A DNA stretch of 64,000 bases, taken from NCBI GenBank assembly GCA_025058225.1, contig JANXEE010000025.1:11302-75301 (forward strand), read 5' to 3'. Positions within the stretch are counted from its first letter, which is position 1; each line of letters begins with the position of its first letter. Below are positions 55,193 to 63,799 of this stretch, piece after piece. This DNA comes from Candidatus Calditenuaceae archaeon (lineage in GTDB: Archaea; Thermoproteota; Nitrososphaeria_A; Caldarchaeales; Calditenuaceae). A program made the position numbers and the translations under genes. Below the pieces are notes generated by a model that saw nothing but the letters and a program-made list of their open reading frames with translations, searched no databases and had not been told where the DNA came from.

Positions 55193-55715
55193 GCTCCGCG
55201 AGGGACTTCAAGTCCTCACGCACCTCCACCATCACCACGCCCTCTGATGGTTGGCCGTAGAGCACGAGGGACCCGTTGGGAGCCAAGTAGATCGCCACCA
55301 GAGCCAACAGGTCTTCTTCCCCCCTGACCACCACCCTCACCCTGCCGGCACTTCTCATGGCCCTCTCAAGAGCCTCGAACCCCTCCAGCGAGATCGTTCC
55401 CGCCGCGTTCGAGCACTCGACGGTCTCATCGACGTCCAGCTCCACTCTGGTGACCTCCTCTCTCCTGCTCTTGTCGTCGGTCACGAAGACCACCCTTGAC
55501 AGTCCTAAAGCGTTGACCTCGGCCGAGACCACATCCCCTACCGCGATGACCAGAGAGGAGCGTCCGGCCAACAGACTCCTTAACCTCCCTCTGGTCTCTT
55601 CCGGAGAACCCCTGATCAGATCGCCGATAGGCTTCCTGACGTACTCCCTTTGACCTTCCGTTAACGCGAGGGCCTTTACACCGCTGGGGAAGAGCTTATT
55701 CCACTCTGACCGCAT
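55149..55715 (-). CDS. GTP-dependent dephospho-CoA kinase (DUF359 family)
   Basis: 188 aa. AVGDVVSAEVNALGLSRVVFVTDDKSRREEV fits the DUF359 pattern. It occupies the conserved position after rpo7-spt4. Confidence 0.75.
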   Translation of the reverse strand: MRSEWNKLFPSGVKALALTEGQREYVRKPIGDLIRGSPEETRGRLRSLLAGRSSLVIAVGDVVSAEVNALGLSRVVFVTDDKSRREEVTRVELDVDETVECSNAAGTISLEGFEALERAMRSAGRVRVVVRGEEDLLALVAIYLAPNGSLVLYGQPSEGVVMVEVREDLKSLAELIFAGAVQVRAPSA

Positions 55716-55884
55716 ATCGACCAGGCTTCGTGATACCTAAGGCCTTCGCGAGTTCGGACTCTTCGGGGACCAACATGACCACCAGGCCAGAGTAGGACGT
55801 CGAGAGGTCTGAGGACCCGCAGTTCCAGCACCTCTCCTCGGAAGTTATCGCCTTACAGACCCTGCACGCCCTCTCCTTCGGCAA
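55696..55884 (-). CDS. spt4: Transcription elongation factor Spt4 (RpoE2)
   Basis: 62 aa. CRVCKAITSEERCWNCGS zinc ribbon, then SYSGLVVMLVPEESELAK. Confidence 0.85.
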   Translation of the reverse strand: MPKERACRVCKAITSEERCWNCGSSDLSTSYSGLVVMLVPEESELAKALGITKPGRYAVRVE

Positions 55885-55890
55885 CCCCGC

Positions 55891-56442
55891 TTACCTCTTC
55901 GCAGCAGCCTTCGGGGCGACCTGTTGAGCGATCCACTCGAGGTTGCCTAGGTAGGGCTGACGCGTCGTGAGGCCGACCTTTCCTCCACCAATCGAGACTG
56001 CCACAACCCTCGCTCTGACCTTGTCGCCGACTCCGAGCTTGAGACCAGTCTTGTTGCCGACGAGCGTCATGTTCTTCTTGTCCAGTGAGACGTAGTCGTC
56101 CATGATCTGTGAGAGGTGAAGCAACGCGTCGATCGTGACCACCCTGACGAAGGCCCCGAACTCCGTCACGTCCACGACCTCTCCCTCGACGACCTCTTGG
56201 AGCAACGGCAAGTACGTCAACAGCGTGCAACGGACGCGGTGATACGCAGCGGGGTCGCGCGGTAGCAAGTAGCCGATGTCTTCGACCTCGACGTTCAGCA
56301 CCGTGATCACGTATCCCAGCTCCTCGTCGACCACACCCTCGTACATCGAGATGAGCTTCTCCATCGCGATCCTGTCGAGCGGCTCGCCGAACTCCTTGGG
56401 TTCGATGCCTATCACGTCCTCAACCGTAACGAGATAAAACAT
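55891..56442 (-). CDS. rpo7: DNA-directed RNA polymerase subunit Rpo7 (E-prime)
   Basis: 183 aa. MFYLVTVEDVIGIEPKEFG N-terminus and a C-terminal S1-like domain (GEVVDVTEFGAFVRV). Confidence 0.9.
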   Translation of the reverse strand: MFYLVTVEDVIGIEPKEFGEPLDRIAMEKLISMYEGVVDEELGYVITVLNVEVEDIGYLLPRDPAAYHRVRCTLLTYLPLLQEVVEGEVVDVTEFGAFVRVVTIDALLHLSQIMDDYVSLDKKNMTLVGNKTGLKLGVGDKVRARVVAVSIGGGKVGLTTRQPYLGNLEWIAQQVAPKAAAKR

Positions 56443-56545
56443 GTTCTCGCGCTAAATGATAGAATTCGTAATACCTGTTTAAAAACGTGATGTGGGACGT
56501 CCGTGCCGGTTGATGGCCAACGAGTGGGTCTCTCATCGGACGATT

Positions 56546-56563
56546 CATATCCGAATGGATATG
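56546..56563 (+). promoter_or_regulatory. Palindrome CATATCC-GAAT-GGATATG in the RNR leader
   Basis: 7-bp arms with a 4-nt spacer, read directly, about 95 nt upstream of the RNR ATG. Confidence 0.5.
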
Positions 56564-56580
56564 AGGTGGATCAAACTTTT

Positions 56581-56615
56581 ATGATTGAGTGGATGATTTG
56601 AGTGGATCTGTGGAC
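56581..56615 (+). repeat. Tandem TTGAGTGGAT repeats (2 perfect copies plus GAGGTGGAT and CTGTGGAC variants) upstream of the RNR gene
   Basis: TTGAGTGGAT at 56585-94 and 56598-607. Related GTGGAT/GTGGAC at 56567-72 and 56610-15. A TTTTATGA TATA-like box lies at ~56577. Confidence 0.6.
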
Positions 56616-56656
56616 GCAAGAGGTTATCAGAGCGTTATGATGAGGAGTGAGGTCCG

Positions 56657-59314
56657 ATGATTCAGGTCAGCGGTTTTCCGGTGAAACGCATCGTGAAACG
56701 CGACGGCCGTGTCGTGGACTTCGACCCCGAGAGGATAAGGAACGCGATCAGGAAGGCGATGATAGCGACCAACAGGCTAGACGAGGAGCTGTTGGACAAG
56801 GTCACCGAGAACGTCCTGAAACTCGTGGCGGAGAAGTTCGGTGAGACCAAGGTTCCGCACGTGGAGGACGTCCAGGACCTAGTCGAGCTGTCGCTGGTCA
56901 AGTTCGACCTGTACGAGGTGGCGAAGGCCTACATCCTGTACAGGAAGGAGAGGGAGCGGATAAGGAAGGAGAAGATGCGGATACTGGAGAGGGACTACCT
57001 AGACGAAGTCGACAAGGCCTTCTCCGTCAACTCGTTGAGGCTAATGGCAGCCAGATACCTCCTGAGGGATCCGGAGACCGGCAGGTTGGTTGAGGGGCCG
57101 AAGCAGATGTTTCAGAGGGTCGCAGCGCTGGTGGTAATTCCTAACGTCCTCTACGACCCAAGGGTCTTCGATGTCGAGAGGTCCCAACAGGTAAAACCAG
57201 CGGAGGCCTTCGATCCCTCTCTCTGGGCCGGCAAGATCGGGCTGAGGAACGCAGAGGGTAACCTCCTCTTCACTTGGAACCGTTGGCATCTTGAGCGGAT
57301 GAAGGCCCTGTATGACCGTTTGAACTCGGAGGGTGCGATGAGGTTCAGGTTCTCAGAGATAGTCGAGATGCTCGAGAGAGGTGAGTTCGATGTTCACGCC
57401 AAGGACTACCTCGCGTATTACGGACTCATGGCGGAGAAGAAGTTCATGCCGAACAGCCCCACGCTGTTCAACGCAGGGGCGAGGCTCGGACAGCTCTCGG
57501 CGTGCTTCGTCCTCCCCATCGATGACAACATGGAATCGATCATGAAGTCCGCATCGGACGCTGCCATGATTTTCAAGAGCGGCGGCGGCATCGGGATCAA
57601 CTACTCGAGGCTGAGACCAGAGGGTGACATAGTCGCCTCGACCTCCGGTGTGGCATCGGGCCCGGTCACGTTCATGCGCATCATCGACACCGTGACTGAC
57701 GTCGTCAAGCAGGGGGGGAAGAGGAGAGGTGCGAACATGGGAATACTGGAGGTGGACCATCCGGACATCGAGAAGTTCATCAGGGCTAAGGAGAAGCCGG
57801 GGGTTCTGGAGAACTTCAACATCAGCGTGATGATAAAGCCGAACTTCTGGGAGTACTACGAGCGGAACGAGCCGTACCCTCTGATCAACCCGAGGGACGG
57901 GAGGGTGTGGGAGACCGCGAACCCGCGCCAGCTCTTCAACATGATCGCAGAGGTAGCGTGGAAGACGGCCGACCCCGGAGTGCTCTTCCTCGATCACATC
58001 AACAGGAGGAACCCGTTGAGGGAAGTATTGGGGGACATAAGGACGACGAACCCGTGCGGCGAGGAGCCTCTGTACGATTACGAGGTCTGTAACCTCGGCT
58101 CGATCAACCTTCACGCGTTCGTGAAGAGCGTTGACGGGAAGGCCGTGATAGACTGGGAGGGTCTGGCAGAGACGGTTAGAACTGCGTACAGGTTCCTGGA
58201 CAACGTGATAGACGTGAACAACTACCCGCTAAAGGAGATAGACGAGATGGCCCACAAGACGAGGAGGATCGGACTCGGTTTCATGGGCCTCGCCGACATG
58301 CTGTACGCCCTCAGAATCCCCTACAACAGCGAAGAGGGCTTCGCGCTGATGCAGAGGGTCGCCGAATTCGTTGCGTGGCACGCGTACCTCGAGAGCGCCA
58401 AGAGGGCGAGCGAGAGGGGACGGTTCCCGTTGTACTGGCAGAGCAGTTACACGAGGGGAGAGCTACCACTCGAAGGCTATTACCACAGGGAGCTCTGGAC
58501 GATGGACTGGGACTCCCTCGCGAGCTTCATCAGAAGACACGGCATCAGGAACAGCTTTGTACTCTCCATAGCCCCAACCGGAAGCATCTCCATGCTCGTC
58601 GACACGAGCTCCGGGATCGAGCCGGTGTTCGCGCTGGTCTACGAAAAGAGGGTGACCGTGGGCACGTTCTACTACATCGACCCCGAGTTCGAGAGATACC
58701 TGGAGGAGAGGGGCATGAAGAGGGACGACGTCCTCAAGGCGATAGCCGATAACGGTGGTTCAATACAGGGGCTCGATGAGATGTTCGACGAGGGGGCGAG
58801 GAAGGTCTTCGTGGTGGCATACGACATACCGTGGTGGGATCACGTCAGGGCCCAGTACCACGTCGGTCTCTGGGTGGACGCTGCGGTGAGCAAGACCATC
58901 AATATGCCGAATTGGGTCACGACGGAGGACGTCAAGAACGCCTATCTCTTCGCGTACAAACTGGGGCTTAAGGGGATAACGATCTACAGGGACCAGTCGA
59001 AGGGCGCACAGGTCCTCGTTACTCCGAGCCAGAGGACCAATCAGTACGTCTCGCCGGTCAGGAACAACACGCTCCAGATGATGAGCGCCATGGGCATAAA
59101 GGTTGACGTCGAGAAGGCCACGAGTGCAGCGGTTGAGGGCTCACCTAAGCTTTTCCTCAAGATGGCGGTTCCCGCGGAGGTAGTCGAAGAGGAGGCGGCT
59201 GGTGGAGGACAGCAGGGCGAGGCCTGCCCGGTCTGTGGCGGAAAGCGCATAGCACACCAGGAGGGGTGTGCTACCTGTCTGACCTGCGGGTGGTCTGCCT
59301 GTCTAACGGCTTGA
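56657..59314 (+). CDS. nrdJ: Class II (adenosylcobalamin-dependent) ribonucleoside-triphosphate/diphosphate reductase with N-terminal ATP-cone
   Basis: 885 aa. ATP-cone (VKRDGRVVDFDPERIRNAI), active-site TNPCGEEPL, APTGSISM and a C-terminal Cys-rich tail CPVCGG...CATCLTCGWSAC. Confidence 0.95.
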   Translation: MIQVSGFPVKRIVKRDGRVVDFDPERIRNAIRKAMIATNRLDEELLDKVTENVLKLVAEKFGETKVPHVEDVQDLVELSLVKFDLYEVAKAYILYRKERERIRKEKMRILERDYLDEVDKAFSVNSLRLMAARYLLRDPETGRLVEGPKQMFQRVAALVVIPNVLYDPRVFDVERSQQVKPAEAFDPSLWAGKIGLRNAEGNLLFTWNRWHLERMKALYDRLNSEGAMRFRFSEIVEMLERGEFDVHAKDYLAYYGLMAEKKFMPNSPTLFNAGARLGQLSACFVLPIDDNMESIMKSASDAAMIFKSGGGIGINYSRLRPEGDIVASTSGVASGPVTFMRIIDTVTDVVKQGGKRRGANMGILEVDHPDIEKFIRAKEKPGVLENFNISVMIKPNFWEYYERNEPYPLINPRDGRVWETANPRQLFNMIAEVAWKTADPGVLFLDHINRRNPLREVLGDIRTTNPCGEEPLYDYEVCNLGSINLHAFVKSVDGKAVIDWEGLAETVRTAYRFLDNVIDVNNYPLKEIDEMAHKTRRIGLGFMGLADMLYALRIPYNSEEGFALMQRVAEFVAWHAYLESAKRASERGRFPLYWQSSYTRGELPLEGYYHRELWTMDWDSLASFIRRHGIRNSFVLSIAPTGSISMLVDTSSGIEPVFALVYEKRVTVGTFYYIDPEFERYLEERGMKRDDVLKAIADNGGSIQGLDEMFDEGARKVFVVAYDIPWWDHVRAQYHVGLWVDAAVSKTINMPNWVTTEDVKNAYLFAYKLGLKGITIYRDQSKGAQVLVTPSQRTNQYVSPVRNNTLQMMSAMGIKVDVEKATSAAVEGSPKLFLKMAVPAEVVEEEAAGGGQQGEACPVCGGKRIAHQEGCATCLTCGWSACLTA

Positions 59315-59317
59315 CCT

Positions 59318-60199
59318 TCAGAACGTCAACTCCAGCTGCCGCTCTAAGCGCTGACGCTGTGTCATGTACTCGTCGTGCTTCAGCTCACCCACCTTGTACC
59401 TCAGCTCTAACTTGACCATCTCAGCCTTTATGCGGTCGTACTGCTTTACCAGCTCGCCGATGGCGTCCAGCAGGACGTTCAAGTTGTTGACCACCTTTTC
59501 TGCCCACTCGACGGGTAAGTTGAGCTCCTTGGCCTGCTTCTTCACCCTCTCGATCCTCTCGAGGACCTCGCTCCTGAACTTCGGGATCTCACCGATCTTG
59601 ATCTCTATCGGGTTCTGAAGGATGGTCAACTTGGGTCTGAGTTTTGAGATCTCTCGATCGATCTCGATCTTCTGTCGGATGTACTCCCTATCCGTGACCT
59701 CGCTAACCTCGTGCCTGAGCTTGAGGTTGTCGAGCCTCTGAGTCAGCTCCTTTATCCTCTCCTCAAACCTGTTGATCATTTCCAACCTCTTCTGGTTAAG
59801 GGTAGTTATTCTGGACTCGTAATCGGTGTAGATCTCAGAGAAGGCATCGAACGTCGCCTCTCCGTCCATGAAGAGGTCGACCAGCCTGAGCTGCCAGTTG
59901 TAGAGCTTTGAGAGCTGCTCGACGAGCTTCCGTTCCTCGGCAAGCTCCTCCAGTTGAACGTCTTTAGGTTGCTCGGGCTGAGCCGGTTGCTCTGCCGCGA
60001 CCGGCACCTGCTCGGTTGATGGGGTCGGAGGCGGAGCGGGCTGTTGAGGTCCAGCTCGGGGCTGGACGACCTGCTGTGAGACCTGCACATCGAGCTCCTT
60101 CCCACAGTTCATGCAGAACTTCCCCTTGATGGTCAGCTTACCGCAGTGTGGGCATACCACCCTTCCCAGCACGGCCATCTGGCACCACTTTTCTACCAC
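59318..60199 (-). CDS. Zinc-ribbon + Pro/Gln linker + coiled-coil protein of unknown function
   Basis: 293 aa. CPHCG...CMNCG ribbon, a PQ-rich spacer, then a long heptad-like region. That region has three copies of a G/E-x-(S/T)-x2-E-Y-x3-(K/R) helix motif. Confidence 0.6.
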   Translation of the reverse strand: MVEKWCQMAVLGRVVCPHCGKLTIKGKFCMNCGKELDVQVSQQVVQPRAGPQQPAPPPTPSTEQVPVAAEQPAQPEQPKDVQLEELAEERKLVEQLSKLYNWQLRLVDLFMDGEATFDAFSEIYTDYESRITTLNQKRLEMINRFEERIKELTQRLDNLKLRHEVSEVTDREYIRQKIEIDREISKLRPKLTILQNPIEIKIGEIPKFRSEVLERIERVKKQAKELNLPVEWAEKVVNNLNVLLDAIGELVKQYDRIKAEMVKLELRYKVGELKHDEYMTQRQRLERQLELTF

Positions 60200-60302
60200 C
60201 AGCCATATTCATATGATATAAATGTTGAAGCTTACGGGTGGGGTGACGAATCAGCGGGACAATCTGTGCCCAATACGCTGGGAATCCCTCATCCCCAGCA
60301 GG

Positions 60303-61694
60303 CTAAGCGCCCCGAAGCTCCTCCACCAGGGCCCTCATACCCTTCTCGACTTTATCAAGGGAGTCGCTGATGCTAAGCCTGACGTTCCGCTGATAGTCGC
60401 CGAAGACAGACCCCGGAGCTATGGCAACACCCCTTCTCTCGAGCAGCTTCAGCGCGAACTCGGTCGCGTCTTCCAGCTGGAGCTCCGGGAAGACGTACAT
60501 TCCACCACCGGGTGCTACGTACCGCGCTTTCAATCGATCGAGGTAGGAGCAGATGATCTCTGCACCTCTCTTCATGTGCTCCCTGTACTTCCTCGGCGTC
60601 TCCCTGTCGGAGAGCGCCTTCAGGGCTGCCACCTGAACGAACTCCGGCACGCATGTAAGCAGCGACCCCTGAATGCGGGTGGCGCGTTCTGCAACCTCGC
60701 TCGGTGCGACCAGGTAACCTATCCTGTAACCGGTCATGCCCCAACTCTTGGAGAAAGACATGAGCATTAGCACCCTGTCAGAGTTGGTTGTTAGGGCGGT
60801 GACGTGCTCGTCGAAGGAGTAATCCATGTAGACTTCGTCGCTCAGAAGGTAAGCTCCGGACCTCTCCGCGAGATCGACGACCTCGTCCATCAGCTTCTGG
60901 TTTATCACCGCGCCCGTTGGGTTGTTGGGGTAGTTGATCACGAGGAGCCTCGTCGAGTCGGTGAGGAGCCCCTCCAACTCCGCAGGGTCCGGGGCCCACG
61001 CGTCCTCGAGCGTCGTCTTGAGGGCGACCGCCCTGCACCCCAGGTAATCGGCCATCTGCTTGTAGTGGGGCCAGGAGGGGTCTATCACCACGGCCTCGTC
61101 CCCGGTCGAGAGTATCGAAGCCATAGCGAGGTAAACTCCGAAGCGGCCTCCTTGAGTCACGACGACGTTCTCAGGCCTCACGTCCACGCCGAACCTCTCC
61201 ATCAGGTCGCCCGCTATCGCTGCCCGAAGCTCCGGCAGTCCGGCGGCCTCACCGTAGAACGCGTAACCCTTGAGCGCAGCCTCGCTGAGCTCCCTCGCCA
61301 CGGCAGCAGGTGCACCTAGTGTCGGCTCACCGACCTCCATGTGGACCACCTCCCTGCCGTTGCGCTCCATCCTCTTCGCCAACCTCATCAGGTCCATGTG
61401 GGTGAGCCTGTTAGAGTTAGAAGGGCCCTCCTGAGCCCTCACTGAGCTCTTCAGCACCAACGTCAACACCCTCCTGACCAAGTCTCGATCGATTCCCAGC
61501 TCGACCGCCCTCTTCAGCGCAACCGCCCTCAGCTCCCTCTCGACCTCAGGGACGAACTCCGGGACCCCGAGCTCAGACTTCAGCCGCGCGATCTCGGCCA
61601 CAACCCTCTCCCTCGTCGCGAGGAGCTCCACCAACCTCACCGTCAGCTCCTTCGCCCTTTCCCTCTCCCTCGCGAGCTCCTCGAATGATCCCAC
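60303..61694 (-). CDS. Fusion: AroQ-type chorismate mutase (N, ~90 aa) + class I/II aminotransferase (C)
   Basis: 463 aa. The N-terminal RLVELLATRERVVAEIARLKSELGVPEFVPEVERELR is the CM_2 pattern. The C-terminal part has NYPNNPTG and SFSKSWGMTGYRIGY (PLP lysine). Confidence 0.85.
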   Translation of the reverse strand: MGSFEELARERERAKELTVRLVELLATRERVVAEIARLKSELGVPEFVPEVERELRAVALKRAVELGIDRDLVRRVLTLVLKSSVRAQEGPSNSNRLTHMDLMRLAKRMERNGREVVHMEVGEPTLGAPAAVARELSEAALKGYAFYGEAAGLPELRAAIAGDLMERFGVDVRPENVVVTQGGRFGVYLAMASILSTGDEAVVIDPSWPHYKQMADYLGCRAVALKTTLEDAWAPDPAELEGLLTDSTRLLVINYPNNPTGAVINQKLMDEVVDLAERSGAYLLSDEVYMDYSFDEHVTALTTNSDRVLMLMSFSKSWGMTGYRIGYLVAPSEVAERATRIQGSLLTCVPEFVQVAALKALSDRETPRKYREHMKRGAEIICSYLDRLKARYVAPGGGMYVFPELQLEDATEFALKLLERRGVAIAPGSVFGDYQRNVRLSISDSLDKVEKGMRALVEELRGA

Positions 61695-61746
61695 ACCCGC
61701 TCAGAGTTCAGGTCCCTCGGTATGACTAAAACGTTGACGGCCCCGG

Positions 61747-62160
61747 TCAAACGGAGAGTATCCCTAAGGAGGGATATCTTCTCACGAACTCCGCGACCAT
61801 CGGCTTGTAGGTGTACGCGTACCCCTCCGGTGTCTCGGGGACGAATTCTAAGCCCATGAGGGCCCTGTAAACGGCGGCCTCGACCCTGTTCCTCAGTATA
61901 ACGACGCCCTTCCCGTAATCCTCGCCGGAGGAGAAGGTGATGGGTAGGGCAGGTGCCCTCCTCAACTCACCGGTGAGGAGCTTTGAAGCTGCACGCAGGT
62001 CCTCCGGTCGGAACCTGTGGCGTCCACCGCCGAGCGTCTCCACGCTCGGGTTGTCCGAGTCGATCAGCTCCTCCAGCGACGCCTTTCTTACCGGGACATT
62101 GTCCCTTAACCTCTTCAAGTGGCCCTCGATGAAGGCATCGTCGATCGACGTTGACGCCAT
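61747..62160 (-). CDS. Conserved archaeal hypothetical protein (possibly UPF0216/DUF61-like)
   Basis: 137-aa ORF with coding-like codon usage. The family assignment is from memory only: HLKRLRDNVPVRKASLEELIDSDNPSVETLGGGRHRF. Confidence 0.45.
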   Translation of the reverse strand: MASTSIDDAFIEGHLKRLRDNVPVRKASLEELIDSDNPSVETLGGGRHRFRPEDLRAASKLLTGELRRAPALPITFSSGEDYGKGVVILRNRVEAAVYRALMGLEFVPETPEGYAYTYKPMVAEFVRRYPSLGILSV

Positions 62161-62229
62161 CCCGATATGTTATAACTCGTCGTTTTTAATAAAATGGGGT
62201 CCGTTGACACGTAAGTGAGACTTGAGGAG

Positions 62230-62338
62230 ACGAGAGGGGTTATAGGACCGTGACCTGCGTCGCCGTACTGAAGGCCCGGGCCCTGCACCGCGACCCTTTC
62301 CCAGTTCATACCGGGAGAACCGCCGGCCCCCCTCTCGT
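62230..62338. repeat. 10-bp perfect inverted repeat ACGAGAGGGG / CCCCTCTCGT enclosing 89 nt of GC-rich sequence, upstream of radA
   Basis: Arms at 62230-39 and 62329-38. The interior contains the palindrome GGCCCGGGCC (62273-82). The radA TATA-like GTTTATATTT follows at ~62340. Confidence 0.6.
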
Positions 62339-62374
62339 TGTTTATATTTGAGGAGGGCGGCCTGATCACAGGAT

Positions 62375-63394
62375 ATGCCACAAAGGGAGAAGGCGAAGCA
62401 GCAGAAGGAGAAGGTTCCGGCGTTCACGGACATCTCTGAGCTTCCCGGCGTGGGGCCCGCAACCACCGAGAAGCTGAGGGAGATCGGGTACTCAACGGTG
62501 GAGGCCCTCGCGACGGCGACCATAAGCGAATTAGAGGCCGCTGGAATCGGGGAGAAGAAGGCACAGGAACTGATAGAGCTCGCGAGGGAGACCATCGAGG
62601 TCTCTTGGGTGACGGCGAAGGATCTGATCAAGTACCGGAGCTCCATCGGAAGGCTGTCGAGCGGCAGCAAGGCCCTAGACGCGATGATAGGAGGAGGAAT
62701 AGAGACTCAGTCGATAACGGAGTTCTTCGGAGAGTTCGGGTCCGGGAAGTCGCAGCTCTGCCACCAACTCGCGGTCAACGTCCAACTCCCGGAGGAGAGG
62801 GGAGGGCTGAACGGCGCTGCCCTCTACATCGACACCGAGAACACCTTCCGGGTCGAGAGGATAGAGGCGATGGCTAAGCACTTGGGTCTCGAGACCGACG
62901 CTGTACTGGACAGGATCGTGTACGCGGAGGCTTACAACAGCGACCATCAGATGCTGCTGCTCGAGAAGGCCGACAAGGTCATCAAAGAGAACGGCGTGAA
63001 GCTGATAATAGTGGACTCATTGACCGCCCATTTCAGGAGCGAGTACATCGGCAGGGAGATGCTCGCGGAGAGGCAGCAGAAGTTGAACAAGCACATGCAC
63101 AAGCTACTCAGGCTCGCGAGGGCCTTCAACGCAGCAGCGGTGGTGACGAATCAGGTCATGGCAAGGCCCGACGAGTTCTTCTCACCCATGGTGGTCTCCC
63201 CGGTTGGCGGACACATAGTAGGACACACGAGCCACACGAGGCTCTTCATCAGGAAAACCGCAGGGAAGAACTTGAGGATCATCAGGTTAGTTTCAAGCCC
63301 CTATCTGCCTGAGGGGGAGGTTTTGATCAAGATAACGCAGAACGGCATCGAGGACGTCGAGGAGTCTGAGAGGGAGGAGCTCAGGAGGAGATGA
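62375..63394 (+). CDS. radA: DNA repair and recombination protein RadA
   Basis: 339 aa. N-terminal HhH ([17 protein letters not shown]), Walker [10 protein letters not shown], Walker B LIIVDS, and AAVVTNQV. Confidence 0.97.
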   Translation: MPQREKAKQQKEKVPAFTDISELPGVGPATTEKLREIGYSTVEALATATISELEAAGIGEKKAQELIELARETIEVSWVTAKDLIKYRSSIGRLSSGSKALDAMIGGGIETQSITEFFGEFGSGKSQLCHQLAVNVQLPEERGGLNGAALYIDTENTFRVERIEAMAKHLGLETDAVLDRIVYAEAYNSDHQMLLLEKADKVIKENGVKLIIVDSLTAHFRSEYIGREMLAERQQKLNKHMHKLLRLARAFNAAAVVTNQVMARPDEFFSPMVVSPVGGHIVGHTSHTRLFIRKTAGKNLRIIRLVSSPYLPEGEVLIKITQNGIEDVEESEREELRRR

Positions 63395-63398
63395 GGCC

Positions 63399-63773
63399 GT
63401 GGACGAGAAGCTGGAGAGGGCAGTTTTGAAGTTCGTACAGACCCTCTTCTCGGGGAGATACTCGGACGCTGAGAGGATCGCGGAAAACCTGGAGAAGCGT
63501 GCAAAGTCGGACGACGAGCTGAAGGTCGCCCGGGCCCTCAGGGGGCTGTACCTCTCCTACACGACAGACGACGCCGCATCCATCGTCCATAAGACCTACT
63601 CATCCGGCGACCCTAAGTCGGAGCTGGCGGAATACGTGAGGTCAATGAGGGAGGCCAACGGCGGCCTCGGTGGGGCCTCAACGATCATCGAGGTCTGGGA
63701 GGTGTTGCTGAAGAACTTCGAAAGGCTACCTAAGCCCGATAGGTACGGTAGAAAGGCTGAGGGTTCAGACTGA
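63399..63773 (+). CDS. Hypothetical helical protein, co-oriented 4 nt after radA
   Basis: 124-aa ORF with coding-like codon usage. No motif recognised. Confidence 0.5.
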   Translation: MDEKLERAVLKFVQTLFSGRYSDAERIAENLEKRAKSDDELKVARALRGLYLSYTTDDAASIVHKTYSSGDPKSELAEYVRSMREANGGLGGASTIIEVWEVLLKNFERLPKPDRYGRKAEGSD

Positions 63774-63799
63774 GGCCCTCGACGGGAACGACGGTGTGT

